Positions 17,160 through 29,900 of a stretch of 64,000 nucleotides of DNA are shown here, in pieces; the first letter of the stretch is position 1, and each line of letters opens with the position of its first letter. Source of the DNA: Kudoa neothunni (taxonomy: Eukaryota > Animalia > Cnidaria); the NCBI GenBank assembly GCA_964304625.1, contig OZ199839.1:1154180-1218179 (forward strand), in the 5' to 3' direction. The position numbers were made by a program, and so were the translations under genes. The notes below the pieces were generated by a model. That model was given only the letters and a program-made list of their open reading frames with translations, ran no database searches and had not been told where the DNA came from.

Positions 17160-18229
17160 CATTAAAAACAATGTCTAGAGAAAATGATAATATAAAAATA
17201 ATTGTTAAAGCATGACTTGATCATCTCTCAAATATAATCGGAATAATAATAGTTCTCGTTTCCACGGATTAATGTCGATATCTGTCCTGTTCCCCATACT
17301 CAATTTACTAGAAATTATTTTTGTAATATTCTATTTTAGTTTCAACTGAAAATATTCATCTGCTTTTTTGAATAAATAACGAATTAAAGTTATGACCACA
17401 TGCTGAAAAAATGACTTTATAGATGCATAAAATAATATTAGATGAAAACTATTTAATTAAATAATGTTTGAAAAAACTGGATTATTAACAAAGAAATGTT
17501 ATATCGATAAAATTAAACCAATTTTCAAATAATGACCCATTGTAACTTTGAGGTATTTTGATGGATAAACTCCTTTCAATTATTAAAAATTGCATAGATT
17601 TTTATCTGAATAATATAAATATATGTTTTAGCTAATTGAAACAAATTAAAAATTCCAAACAATTGAAAATTTATAAATCGAATAAACTATGTGAAAGATA
17701 ATTTTGAAAAATGTTTATTATTTATGTTTTATACTTTGAAATTGAATTCTAATAAGATATTAAAATTATAATCAATATTACTTTTTAGGCGAAGTAAAAA
17801 TTGAAGGAAAATATATAAAACTATCATTTTAAATAAAAAAATGAAATTAAAAATACATATAACTATTTTATTAAATAAAAGATCAACTCAGATTTTTATA
17901 ATTTAATTTTTTATACTATAAAAGCTTTTCACAGTATTTATTATATTAACACAAGTTTATCGTCAATAATAAAAATTCTAACGTTGAAATTTCATATTTA
18001 GTACAATTCAAATGTTTAAAACCATTTTTCGCATGTAATCATCATTTTTGAAAAAATATGGCAAGATGTAAAAATTGAAAATCTCTAAGTATGTGATGTG
18101 TGTTGATAGCTCAAAATGAGACAAAATATCGATTAACTAAAACATCAAAATATCTCAGGAAGTTAAGAGGGGGTAAAATATTACTCACTTTGATGCCTAC
18201 AATGTTTGTTACATCAAGTCTGAGTAGCC

Positions 18230-18543
18230 CCGGGATGGGGAAATTCTCGCCGTTAGAAGGTTAGAGATTACAAGGCGGTCCTCGTAATCTTTCACTAAAA
18301 ATCTCCGCAAAATTTTATATTACTCATTATTCACTTTGTATGTAATTTATTCTCACTGCGTAAGAAACATTTTCTCAAATGATATCACTTCTTCGTTTTG
18401 AATAGAACTAATTCAAAATAAAAAATTATCTTTCTATTTGTATTCTTATGTTAGTATATAAGGTTATTTTTGAACTTTGTGACCCATTGTCTTAACATAT
18501 TATGTTCATGCGGACCGTTGATAAAAAAATTTCCCCACCTCTA
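18230..18543. mobile_element. hAT/Buster MITE, same family as about 38300-38579
   Basis: TIRs ccgggatggggaa / ttccccacctcta. The 3' part (aaggttattttt..tgtcttaacatat..gataaaaa..tttcccca) is shared with 38500-38579. Confidence 0.6.
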
Positions 18544-18850
18544 CCTCTAGGCTGGATTAGTCATATCTCCACAACCTATTAGCTTAATCAAAAGTTTAAT
18601 TTATGCTGCGAATAACGTTAAATTCAGCAATTATTAATAAGGTATCATGTTCATTTTTGTAATTTTAATATTTTTACGTGAATTTAAACTCGACGTTAGA
18701 CCAAAAATACCACTTTCCTAATAAAATTGTTGAATGTTTAATTTAAACTCAGAACATTATCCAATCTGTTATAGATTTAAATAGGTTAATAAAAATAAAT
18801 TTACAGTTATTAATTTCGAATGTATTAAAATTAAATCCAAAATTACATCC

Positions 18851-18863
18851 GTGCGCAGGCGCG
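18851..18863. promoter_or_regulatory. NRF-1-like site just upstream of the BRD8 start codon
   Basis: gtgcgcaggcgcg is close to the NRF-1 consensus TGCGCAnGCGCA and forms a GC island in AT-rich DNA about 10-20 nt before the ATG. Confidence 0.35.
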
Positions 18864-18872
18864 ACCTACAAG

Positions 18873-21771
18873 ATGGATTGGGATGATAGGAAAAGATTGA
18901 TGCTATTGGAATCGTTATATTTTAACGGCAACGACAACTGGTATGATATTAGAAATTTAAACAATAAATCATGAACTGATTTTAGGGTTGGGGTTGCAAA
19001 TTGTTTTGTGAATTTATGCGGAGCATTTGGCGAATCTTTACCATCAGAAGGTTTAATTGAGGTAGAAATATGAGTAAAGTCTGGAAATAAGTTAACATGG
19101 AATATAGGATTGCCAAGAAGAATTAAAGTCTCTAATGATGGGTGAGAGTGCACAAAAGTACAGAAATAATAGTTGGGATATTTAATGTGGTTTAATTCAG
19201 CTCATCGAAAAAAATAACAAACCCTACAAGTAATCAATCTATATAATATTTGAGTTTCCAACAATGCAACATGATATTTGTTTGTAGAAGTTCAAATTTT
19301 AACTCGCATGAAGTCATTAAATAATTCCCGACGTGAGTATTTGAGAGAGAAAGTGGCAAATGATGTGAAACATTATGGGTATGTGATTGGTTTGGATTTA
19401 CGCGAATATGATAATTTGGTAACTGTTAGTGCATTGAAGCAACTTTTGGTTGATATAAACGAGGGTAAAATTGATGATGTACTTTCCGAATGTTACAGCA
19501 TGCACAAAACGTAAGTTTGATATGAGTTAAGTGTGAATTAATTTATGTGTAGGACTGGACTATGCATAGATAAAGCTGTGGATTTTTGTGTTGAATAGAG
19601 TGAGTTTGGGTAAGCCTACAAAAAAAAAGTAATCTAATCACTACTATTTTTCTAACACATCTCATTTAGAGGTATTCTTCAAGACCCCAAAAGATAAAGT
19701 CGACAGTGAGGAATCGAAAGAAGTAGTTTCTGAAGTGGTTGAATCATCGGAATCTCAAACTACCAGTGATCAATCCAAAACCGAAACTGTGGATTCATCC
19801 AAATTGAGAAGATCGAAACGATACAGAAAATGTGGTCGTTGTCACATGCCAGTGACCACCGAAGTAGTCGAGGAGAAATGCAAATGTTGGTTGGACGGTT
19901 ACGAACTCAGCTACAACAATTTGATGGCTCAAGAGGCAACAACATCCGAGGATCTCACTCACACTTCATTGAGACCTGTGGAAAATAATATGCTAATATC
20001 TTCCCAACATGATGGTTTAGCAACTATGGAATCATCCTTTATGCAGAAAAAATCCGAAATGCTGTTTAGAGTGTTGCCATATATCTCGATAAAATATAAA
20101 ACAAAAACTCCAATTGTATTAAAGAGTTCAGTGGTCAGCAAGAAATTGTCGAAAAAAGAAATCCAGAAATGTATTAAAAAATCAGAAAGTCTTCCAATTC
20201 AAGCGACCAACACAACCGACATTCTGAGCGATGACGAATCAGACAGTTCCCTCATTTTTTCAGATAGAGAAAGTCGCAAACGAAAAATCAACCGACGTGC
20301 AAATTCCACCCAACCAACCATTGTTGTTCCTGTAATTTTTGTTGCTCGGCGATTTGTGTGGTATTGTACTTTGGTTAGGTTGAAGAACCTCCATCAAATA
20401 TCACCGAATCTTTAGTTGGCGGACGAAAGGTAACAACAAATAGATTAGGCGTCTATCATCTTTCACAATATGTATAAATACAAATAGGGGAAATTACTGA
20501 GAAGAAGTTCTCGGGCCTGTGTGGTTGCCGCTGGTCGGAAATTATCACATGGAAAATCAAGCGATTTGCCCACGTCCTCCATTTCAACCACTTCCAATGT
20601 CAGTATGGAGGTTGAAAATGATGATGAAAATAATGATCTCAGCAATAATCAGTCTGCTTATGATGATTTTAGTTCCTCGAAATCTTTAGGTGATTGTGTT
20701 TTGTGGCTCTGTTTATACGAGTATTTATAGATCGTATAAGTGATCATATGCTTACTCAATCATCCGGTTCCATAAATACCTCATCCCACTCTTCAAATAC
20801 CAAGGTAATAAATTAGTTTTTGAACTATCGCTTATTTCACTAACTCATTGTAGACTATTACAATTGACCATAGTTGCATATACGAATTGGACAATGACGT
20901 GTTGGATGGTAATATGATTGATGAGTTAATGTGTGGAATTGATTGTGTTGTTGAAAGATAAAATGCTGGATTCACCAACATTGCCCAAGAAACGATCAAA
21001 ACCCCTAACAAAGTCACCCAAGGTTTCAGAAATTGCTTCCAAGTGATCACATTTTGTATAAGCCATAATTAATTTGAGGGTTGTGGTAGAAGAAAAACGC
21101 GACAATATCAACCACCCAAACCATCTGCTAGTGGCGAGAGTAAACAGCAGTTGACTGTTGAAACCGAATCTATAAATAATAATGTTATCATTAATTCTAA
21201 AATATTCACTCGTGAGATTCAGCGTGTGACAACTCACATCAATAGTGATAGGTGATTTAACTTTGTTGAGTTGTTAAAATTTCACGCATTCTCTGTTATA
21301 GTACGGTGAGAAAATATATTAAAAAAAATTACACAAAAACAACAGTTGACTAACACTATCAAGTAAACTAATTGGGCTTTTAATCGAACTAATCGGCTAT
21401 TGAAAATCGTCATTTTCAAGGAGTATACTCACAGATGAAGTCTCCTCCGTAGAGGATACCCAACAAGATCCTTCATTCTCTCTGAATGATGTTTACAACA
21501 GAGTGATGAATAAGGTGGAAACCTTTCTTTTGGAATCAGATCTTAAGGATATCAATGATACTTTGAAGTAAATAATGAGAAAATGTTGATTTTATGCATT
21601 ATAATTATTGAAATTTTATTTTTTTAGGAATGATGATTCGTCAGAAAGTCTTTACGATATCTGCGCCACAAATATAAAAGTAACATTGTGTTGATTATTA
21701 TCTGCTAAAAAACTGTTATTCAGGGTTTTCTAGAAGTTGTTTTTAATGATGTGCTGGATTTGTCGGAATAA
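18873..21771 (+). CDS. BRD8: BRD8 homologue (NuA4/TIP60 subunit), multi-exon, with a degenerate C-terminal bromodomain
   Basis: Spliced N-terminus MDWDDRKRLMLLESLYFNGNDNWVGVANCF..DCQEELKSLM..LNNSRREYLREKVANDVKHYG|ALKQLLVDINEGKIDDVLSEC is colinear with the BRD8 N-terminus (WSIREKLCLASSVMRSGDQNWVSVS..HCASQYSELL..LTAERVEELKKVIKETQERYRRLKRDAELIQAGHMDSRLDEL). A long S/T/K-rich linker follows; stop at 21769-21771. The model needs two homopolymer corrections. Confidence 0.75.
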
Positions 21772-22183
21772 CAAATCTATGCACATGCCATAAAATTTCT
21801 GTTAATATAAATATTTGTTTATGTGTTTTTTTCGCTCCTTAAGTCCTGCTATCAAACCAACCAACTATTCAAATAAGATTGGAATCTGCATACACAGATT
21901 AGTGTATGCAGATCAAAACAAATTAAAGAAATGTTGCGTTCTTATTATAATGAGATAAATTTTCTGTTTAATTTTTACGTCCATTTAAAAATTTACGTGT
22001 AAAATTATAAAATATTATTTTTTTCTGTTGGTGGATTTTAAGCGAAATTATTATGAAATTTTCGAATTAGAATTTGGGTTTCTTCTATTGTTTAATTATT
22101 ATTTGAAGGCAATAACTAAAGCAACGGCATCTAAGTTTGCATGGTGCCCATTTTTAATCCCCGCGACTCATACTAACAGTATA

Positions 22184-24149
22184 CCTTCGAGTTTGGATAC
22201 TGCGTAATTCCAAAATTTCAACGTTATTCTTTTTAGAGTGAAACCTAGTTTTTTGTTATAGTGATTTTTTTATTATTTTATCATTTTGTAAACATTGTTA
22301 ACATTAAAAAAAATAAAAAGTTTTTTATTTGTATTTAAGTCTCGTTATTGTGTGGTTTTAGTGATCTATCTATTTAAAAATTGGAGTGTTTTCTTCTTTA
22401 TGTTCCGTTAAAAACGTAATATTTAAGAGAAATAAATAATTATTATAATTAAGTAGAAATGTTGAAAGTTGTAGAAACAATGACAAATTCTAGGTCTAAA
22501 TGGAGTGATGTGGTGATCCAAATTGAATATTAATGTATTGTCACGTTTAAGGTAGTTTGAAAATTGATGGAATTCTTTAACGAAGATAAACTCAAAAATA
22601 CGGGTATTGAGACTAAAAGGATGGCATATTTTTCAGGCGAATTAAAAATATAGATAGTGAGCTGTATGATTGGTTCGTTAAAGAATGGTCGAATGATAAT
22701 GTTCTGCTGAGATGCGTTATTGTCGAACTTACTTTATTTATTGCAAATAAAAAAGAAATTTCAAATTTAAAGTCTAGTTAAGAGTGGTTTTCAGGTTCCA
22801 CATCAAGATATGGGATAGCTTTCAAAATATTTCATAACGAGATTGCGGATACAGATATTTCATCAATTGACTCATGCACTGTTGCAAACACTAGTTTGGT
22901 TAATAAGGCATATAACCCTAAAGACGTTATAAACATTTATAAAACATCCCTTCTTATGTGGGCAGTTACAAAACATTTGTTATTTTTTAAAGGATGAAGT
23001 CGGAATATAAGGGAAAAATATAATAACAAGAGTGAATGTTTTATTGTCACTTTTTTTGTAGATAATGATAAACTCCCATCTGTTTTAATTAGTATATTTC
23101 AAAATCCTAAATTTTTCGACTGAGTTAGACATCTTCCGCATGAATATTATTCATGAAAAACACATGGATGATGTGTAGCATATTTATGGAGATAATGAGA
23201 TAGTTGGTCAAAAGAATGATAGGTGAGTACAGAAAAGTTTTAATTTTGTTGGGTCGATATCCGCTTCACCCCGAAAATATTGATTTTTATTAAATATCTA
23301 AATTTTTTACCTCGCAAACATACAAATAAAATTTTACAATCTATTAATTTATGCATCATTAAATGCATAAAAATAAGGCAGAAATACACTGGCTAAGCAC
23401 ACGGTTTTATGTGAGGATTTTATCATCGTTAAATTTTATATTACCAAACTCAATCATGCAATTAATAAAACTATAGGAGAGTATTACGCTAGAAATTATT
23501 ATCAATTGTTTGGATAATTGAAAATATTCGATGGTAATAAAACTGCAATAATAAAGTTATGAGCAGTTTATAGAACAAAAAGAGTTAAGAACAATATCTC
23601 AAACCAGAAAAGTTCTCATTATAAAATTTTATGTATACCAAATTAATTTAATTTAAATGAAGTAGAAGATTGCGAATAGATTTCTGACGATGATAATGCG
23701 GCAACATGCGAGGATCAAAATCATGCGGACTTATTGTCCACAAATTGATAATCTGATGTTATAGAACCAATTATTAAAAAAGTCAAAATTTTAATCAAAC
23801 GTAAAAAATGTAGTTAACATTATAAAGGAAGTTTTAATTCAAGAAGATCTATATGGATTGTTCGATTTATGGGATGTAAATCAAACAGAATTTAAAAAAT
23901 ATCAATGGAAAGATTTCGCCACATAAAAACCGCAAGATTTTTTGACGTAATTTAACAATATTTCCTTAATTGAACTCAATATTATTTGTTTTTTAAAAAA
24001 CTTGTTCATACGAATAACCATCAAACGTATGAAAAAAAATTTTATTTTACAATGGGACGTACACGCCTAAAAATGAATATTGCGTAAAATCTTTTTATTA
24101 CGTGTATTTTACTGGTCCCAACAACCCATATAATATCTAATCTCGACTA
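22184..24149 (+). mobile_element. pogo/Tigger DNA transposon, decayed copy 1
   Basis: TA-flanked degenerate TIRs (ccttcgagtttggatactgcgt / taatatctaatctcgacta) and CENP-B HTH- and DDE_1-like remnants (SSxxWFxGF; VLILLxxYPxHP; FLP..LQ..II). Colinear with 39021-40920. Confidence 0.85.
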
Positions 24150-24946
24150 TAGTTGATGTATAAAGTTTTTTTTTAAAATATGAGATATTTAAACATTCGG
24201 GGATTATCACTTACATATTTCAACTAAGTCTGAGTTTAAAATATCCGATAAATTCTTTTGATAAAATTAAATTTATTAAGAATATATTAAAATTTAGCTA
24301 AATTTTACAGTTGAGCTTATTTGCTTCAATTTAAAAGCGTATTTATAAATATAAATCTTCTACGTAAAATGGGATAAATTTCTACCCTATTTTTATTTGG
24401 AGGGTGTAAATTTTCCAGATACTCAGAAGCTTAAATGATGTTGATGCCTATGTATTAAATAATGGGGAGAAAGTGAGAAAAATCGTTTTGAAAATAAAAA
24501 GGTCTCGAAGCATGTGGATTCTGGTAGTTTGAATTAGAGCTATTTTCTGAAACATATTCTTTTGTAATTTGAATTTTAATGACATTTAGAGATTTTTAAG
24601 TTATTATAGTTTAAAGGCTAATTTTCAGTGATTAATGGGGGTTGAATAGACTTCATATTTTACTTTTCTCTGTGGAATTAAAAAGTCCAAATTTTGTTTT
24701 CAAAAATATTGTAGATTTATAAAATTAATTGAGATTATAATATCGAATTATTCAATATAAAATTAAGAAATTTTAGGTCGTAAAAATTCAATTATCGTTT
24801 GCATGTTGATTTTTTAATTATTACATTTTTGAAAGTACTGTAATGGTGTAATATTAATGTATTTCTTAATAATGTATAAAGAAAAGTGGTGTTATTTTTG
24901 AAAAAAAATGAAATAAAGATGTGTATTATATTATATTATTATATTT

Positions 24947-24971
24947 GAATTGAATTGAATTGAATTGAATT
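24947..24971. repeat. (GAATT)5 pentanucleotide repeat
   Basis: Direct reading. Confidence 0.85.
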
Positions 24972-25872
24972 GTTCATTAAGGATAGGTCGTTTTTGATCA
25001 CCAGTGGGTTAAAATTGACAATTTTAATGGAATTGAAGCGATTGCTAAAAATACAAGAAATTCTGGAAACTCCAAAAAATAAATTCATTGCATTTGAACT
25101 AATTGATTTGTTGTATACTTGGAAACATCACAATTTCAGCAGGAGAAACATATCAGATTGATTTTAATAGAAAATATTAATACTATCGACATTAGTAAAA
25201 AAACTTTAATGTATAAGAAAGCCGCGCAAACCAGGACCAGCTATTCTTCTAACGTCTAAATTTGTTTGTACTATTATGGAGTATTCGACATTATCCTGGA
25301 AGTGGTTATTAGTGTAGTCAAAATTATTCAGATATCACTAATTTTGACTATATTAATTATTTTTAAATTGCCGCTTCACTTTTAGGGATCAATAATAATT
25401 AAATATAGTGTATTCTAAAAATGTATTCTGTAAGAGATTTGTGGATAAAAATATTGTTACGCAAGCGCACGCGTGGTTTAACATTAAAACTAAACTTACC
25501 ACGAAAATAGGCTCTCTTTTATTCTAGTTAAAACTTTTGGATTATTCTTTATATAAAGTTAAACAAGTAATCGTTATCAACTTAATTAATCCTCTTTTTT
25601 TAAATTACAAAAAGGATATAAAAATATTTATTTGGAAAATAATAAATATTTGTTCATAACAATTATAATTAATTTTTTAAAATCGTTTTGGTGTTATTTA
25701 ATGAAAATACTAATCCCCGATTGAATTAAGAATTAATACAAAAAACTGGCAGTTTGAAATTTTTTTCATCGCATTTTTGAGCAACATTAAAGATGCGTCG
25801 TTTTATCACAAATCCGGTCATTAACATATCTCGAAGAGGAATCACATGTAGTTGTTCGGTTGCAACATCCAA

Positions 25873-26104
25873 AGCAATATTTCCAACTATTATGCTTCTT
25901 GGCCCCCGACAGATTTGACCAAATAAATACGAACCCTTAATTATATCAATCTCCTACGTTTAAGATATTATTGCTCTTGAATTATGTTTTTAAAGTTGAC
26001 ATTAATTGCAGCAAGAAATCTACCATGGACTAATTTTTTGAAGAGTAAAATCCTTCTCACGGACCCTCTGATATTAGTGGGCGGGTTCCAGTTTGGGAAA
26101 CACT
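25873..26104. mobile_element. Short hAT (Charlie/Buster-like) MITE
   Basis: Ends caatatttccaact ... cagtttgggaaacactg form degenerate TIRs. Confidence 0.5.
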
Positions 26105-26109
26105 GTTCT

Positions 26110-26590
26110 AATGGTTGGAAACAGTTGCCAAAGACAACTGAAACAATGATGTGTTGACTCAACTCAATACCCAGACGTATTGGGTCCGATTCCCATCGTC
26201 GATCAGTCTGCTATTTCCTTACTTGTGCGTCTCTATTCCATAATGGGAGCTGTTGTTACAGTGCAATCGCACTACAAATGTAATCTCATCTGCGATTATA
26301 GTTCGATACAGCGGAGGATGCTGAATTAGTCGTTTGAATCGTCTGGGGTGCATTAATAGGCTTGAAATATATGTAGAGTCAAAGTCCTTACAGAAAGGGT
26401 TTGGGTAGGTTTCTATGGAAATGAGAATATTTACTGGGTTAAGCCCTCACACTACCGTAGAATGATGAATGATAAGGGGCGAGCGATAGGTGTTGCCTGT
26501 CCTGTGATGCTTACAGCGTTAATGGGGATGACCTAACCAGCCTTAGTTTCACAACCTAATAAGTTGTGCCCCGGGTTTATCTTGTAAACA
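26110..26590 (+). mobile_element. Probable tRNA-derived SINE
   Basis: GC-richer non-coding block of about 480 nt with a B-box-like gggtccgattccc at about 26182 near its 5' end; no ORF. Confidence 0.35.
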
Positions 26591-26972
26591 AAGAAATCTA
26601 ATGATTGGGAAACAAAAATTATGAGTCGCAATACTCTCTTGTAAGAAAATTATTTCCAACCAACCAACATACATCATAATTCATTAACTATAAAATTTCT
26701 AAAATGTGTTAAAGAAGTTGTATTAAATTAATGATAAAAACTCCTTCAAATAATATATATATATATATATATATATTATAAAAATATTCAATTTCAAATT
26801 ATTCTACAAAATACTCATATAGTTGTATGTATTAGTGGAGGACAGCTTTATCTTATTCGAAATTATAGATTAATATTGAAAATAAATCTTTTTAAGGTGA
26901 ACTAAATCCCGAAATGTAATTGTTAAACCACTCTATAATAAAAATAAAACTTGAAGATAGCTAGGTAGTAAG

Positions 26973-29900
26973 ATGGCAACCAATTTCAAAATTAGTAGTC
27001 ATCAATTAAATGCTGTATACTTCAGATGATTTTATATATTATTGGGTTGATTTTTTTAAACTAATAACAAATAGTTTGAGGCTGAACAGAATTATTCATT
27101 ATTCTATAAAGAGAGTTTTGAAACGATTAAAAATAGAGAGCTTATCGACAGTAGGGCGTAGTTTGAAAATGGGTGTGTGAGCAAGCGCAGTGAGAGCTCA
27201 ACGAATCAATATTTTGTATCGTTTCATAGACGAACCCCTCATAACAAGTGAATATGGAAGATAGATTAAAAAATACCACAAAAAACAATAATATGATTAT
27301 GGATGTGATTATCGAATTCCATTGAGCCATATGATGAGAACATTGAGGATTTAGCAACCATAACAAAGACTCGTTAATCTTCAGAAACACATTCCGCTTC
27401 CAACCCAAAAACTCGATCTCCTCTACTCACACAAATTTGATTGGAATGTTCTGTAGATGAAGTGACTGAAACAGAGTGTCAATTATTTGAACATACATTT
27501 AGGAAGAAATCTGTTTGCAATTTTCCAAGATGTCGACCTATGGGTTCGTTGTCGAGGAGATTATTTAGTAGAACGAAGGAATCAATCAAATACACCATTA
27601 TATTATCATTTCATGGGGCTAGGGTTCAATTTGACAACCCACATAGGTAAGAATTTATGCTTAATAGTGATAGATTAGGATGTGGCGTTGATTGATCATT
27701 CGAACGTGTATAGTATTAATTTTCCAGTCCGTATAAAGTTGGTTCATGGCAAAAATCATTCCTATACCGAACCGATGGATATGATACAGAGTTTTAAAAA
27801 TTCCACCAAGTATAGTGCGTTTTATGCCGACCCCGAAAATATAAACACGGACGAAACGTTTTATCAAGTATTATTATGATGAATAGAAGTTAGTAACGTA
27901 CATTTTAATTTATAGTATGAAAATGAAGGGTTTGAACCGAAAATATATTATTTGTCAATTATTAAAGTACTTATCCAACCAACCCGACTTGTGTGTGTAT
28001 TACATTGATTTAAAATGTGTAGCAATTTGGTGATGCAAACAAGGGTGCTGGAATTATTGCCAAATGTCAATTCGATCTGTTGGATTTTGTTCGAGATACG
28101 CCATGTATCACACAGTTTATAGCAAAAATGGATCCCACTTACTCGTCAGTTGTGTCGGCCGAAATTCGAATGAGCATATTCACAGTTAAGACATGGTCAA
28201 AATCCGAGGGGTAACCTACTGCAAGCAGTTGTTTATTATTTGTTTTTAAAACTAGAAAAATCGCCTATTCTACTCCAAGAAATATCTTCCACACACCGGC
28301 TAGACCAGCACCTACCTTTTCCAAAGAATCATGTTATTTATTTCTGATAAATGTGTGTGTGTGTGTGTGGACTGACTTCAGCGTTGTATTTAGTGTGCAT
28401 TGCAAGGAAAAATAACAACAATAATCAGTCGTATTTTGACTTTTTAGCATGTTTATTTCTAAATTCTCTCCCCAAGATACTCTTACATGAATGGCACAGC
28501 GACGGACTTGTCTATCATTTCAAACAACGTTATTAGAGATGAAGATGAGGAGGTATTTTCAATTGTTCACATTGGGTATAATTTAATTTATTTGTAGAAT
28601 GAGCAGCGCGAAATACTCAGGGGTAATTATCTTGTTAAAGCTAGTTATATATTTAGTAGTCATCATTAATATTTCTAAAGATGTAAATTTTCATAAGATA
28701 CATAGTTTAAAGTTTGGATTATTTTGTAATTGGACTTAAAGTTGTAGATTTTGGTTGATTTAAACCGATTTAAAGGTAAAAACGGATTTTTTATTATCAA
28801 AGTTCGGTAAGACCGACTTTCAGTCTTTGAGGTTTTGTGGGTGTGGGTGCATAGTTTTTGAGGGATCATAATTCATTCATTCATTCATTTCTTTTATTTC
28901 TTTATTTCAATTGATAACGCCATTTGAGAGCTATTGTTGAATTATTAACTTCTTAATAATGTAAGCTATTAGACTCTTTTGAGAGACAAAGTCGAAAAAG
29001 CATATTTGCTCTACAAATTGACATTTATATGTGATCGGTGAAAGTCATTATGAGCGATATAAATTCAATTTAAACTATTTTACTTCAAATTATATAAAAT
29101 TTTAAATAGATTTAGCTCGTACCGTAGATAATAGATTTTCTGTAATCCTTTTTGGGACGAAAAACAAATGCTGAAAATGCATCATTGATCGATTTTGTGT
29201 GGTTTTTTGAAATTTTGACTAACAATAAAGATATTTTCTAGTAAAGTAGTATTGTAGGAAGGTTTAAAATTATTATTTTCTATATGCAAGATTGTTTATT
29301 TCCGACACTGAAGTTTTTCAATGTGCTTACAATTTTTAATGTAATTTATGTTGATTCTTTTGGGCAGCCATGTTTCGTAGCAGTCGTAAATTCTTTAGGA
29401 GAAGTGAGGAAATTTAAGATTTGTTTAAGAAAAGAATTATCTGTTCGAATATCGGTTTCTTTTTCTAATCGTTTTCATTGTTTGATCCGTAGTTAATAAA
29501 TATGAATGAGAAGGTCATTTATCAATTATAATCTTCTGAAATGAATTAGCTAATGTCTTACGTAACCTCAATTATTTTGTATTTTGTTAGTGAATTTATT
29601 GTTGCTAGCGTTAATAATAGAAATTACATGAGATACATTTGATTCACGGAAACCAGCGTTTCTAAAGGAATTAATTATTGTTTCTTTTGATATTTTCAAG
29701 GAAGCTTATTGTATTTTTAACGTAGCTTGGAGAAAATCTGGTGACCTTATATTTATCTTGTTATCAATGCCGAAAGTGTGGGTTTTAACTGAATTGTTTT
29801 TGTGGTTGGAATTTGAAAGATAAATTTCGTTGATTGTGAAATTATAAAAAGCTCGATGAATCCAAATAAACGCAAGAGTATGGTCTTACATATTTAGTTC

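Noticed and set aside
18866-19153. Minus-strand 95-aa ORF
   Set aside because: Antisense to BRD8 exons 1-3, which explain the region.
19278-19900. TIN2 N-terminal or MDM2-like assignment (DVKHYG; CxxC...CxCW)
   Set aside because: The TIN2 resemblance relied on intron sequence, there is no RING domain, and the spliced product fits BRD8 much better.
28920-29060. Possible EF-hand/recoverin-like exon (RDKVEKAYLLY)
   Set aside because: No EF-hand loop or open frame; it lies in the decayed LINE region of the EHBP1 intron.
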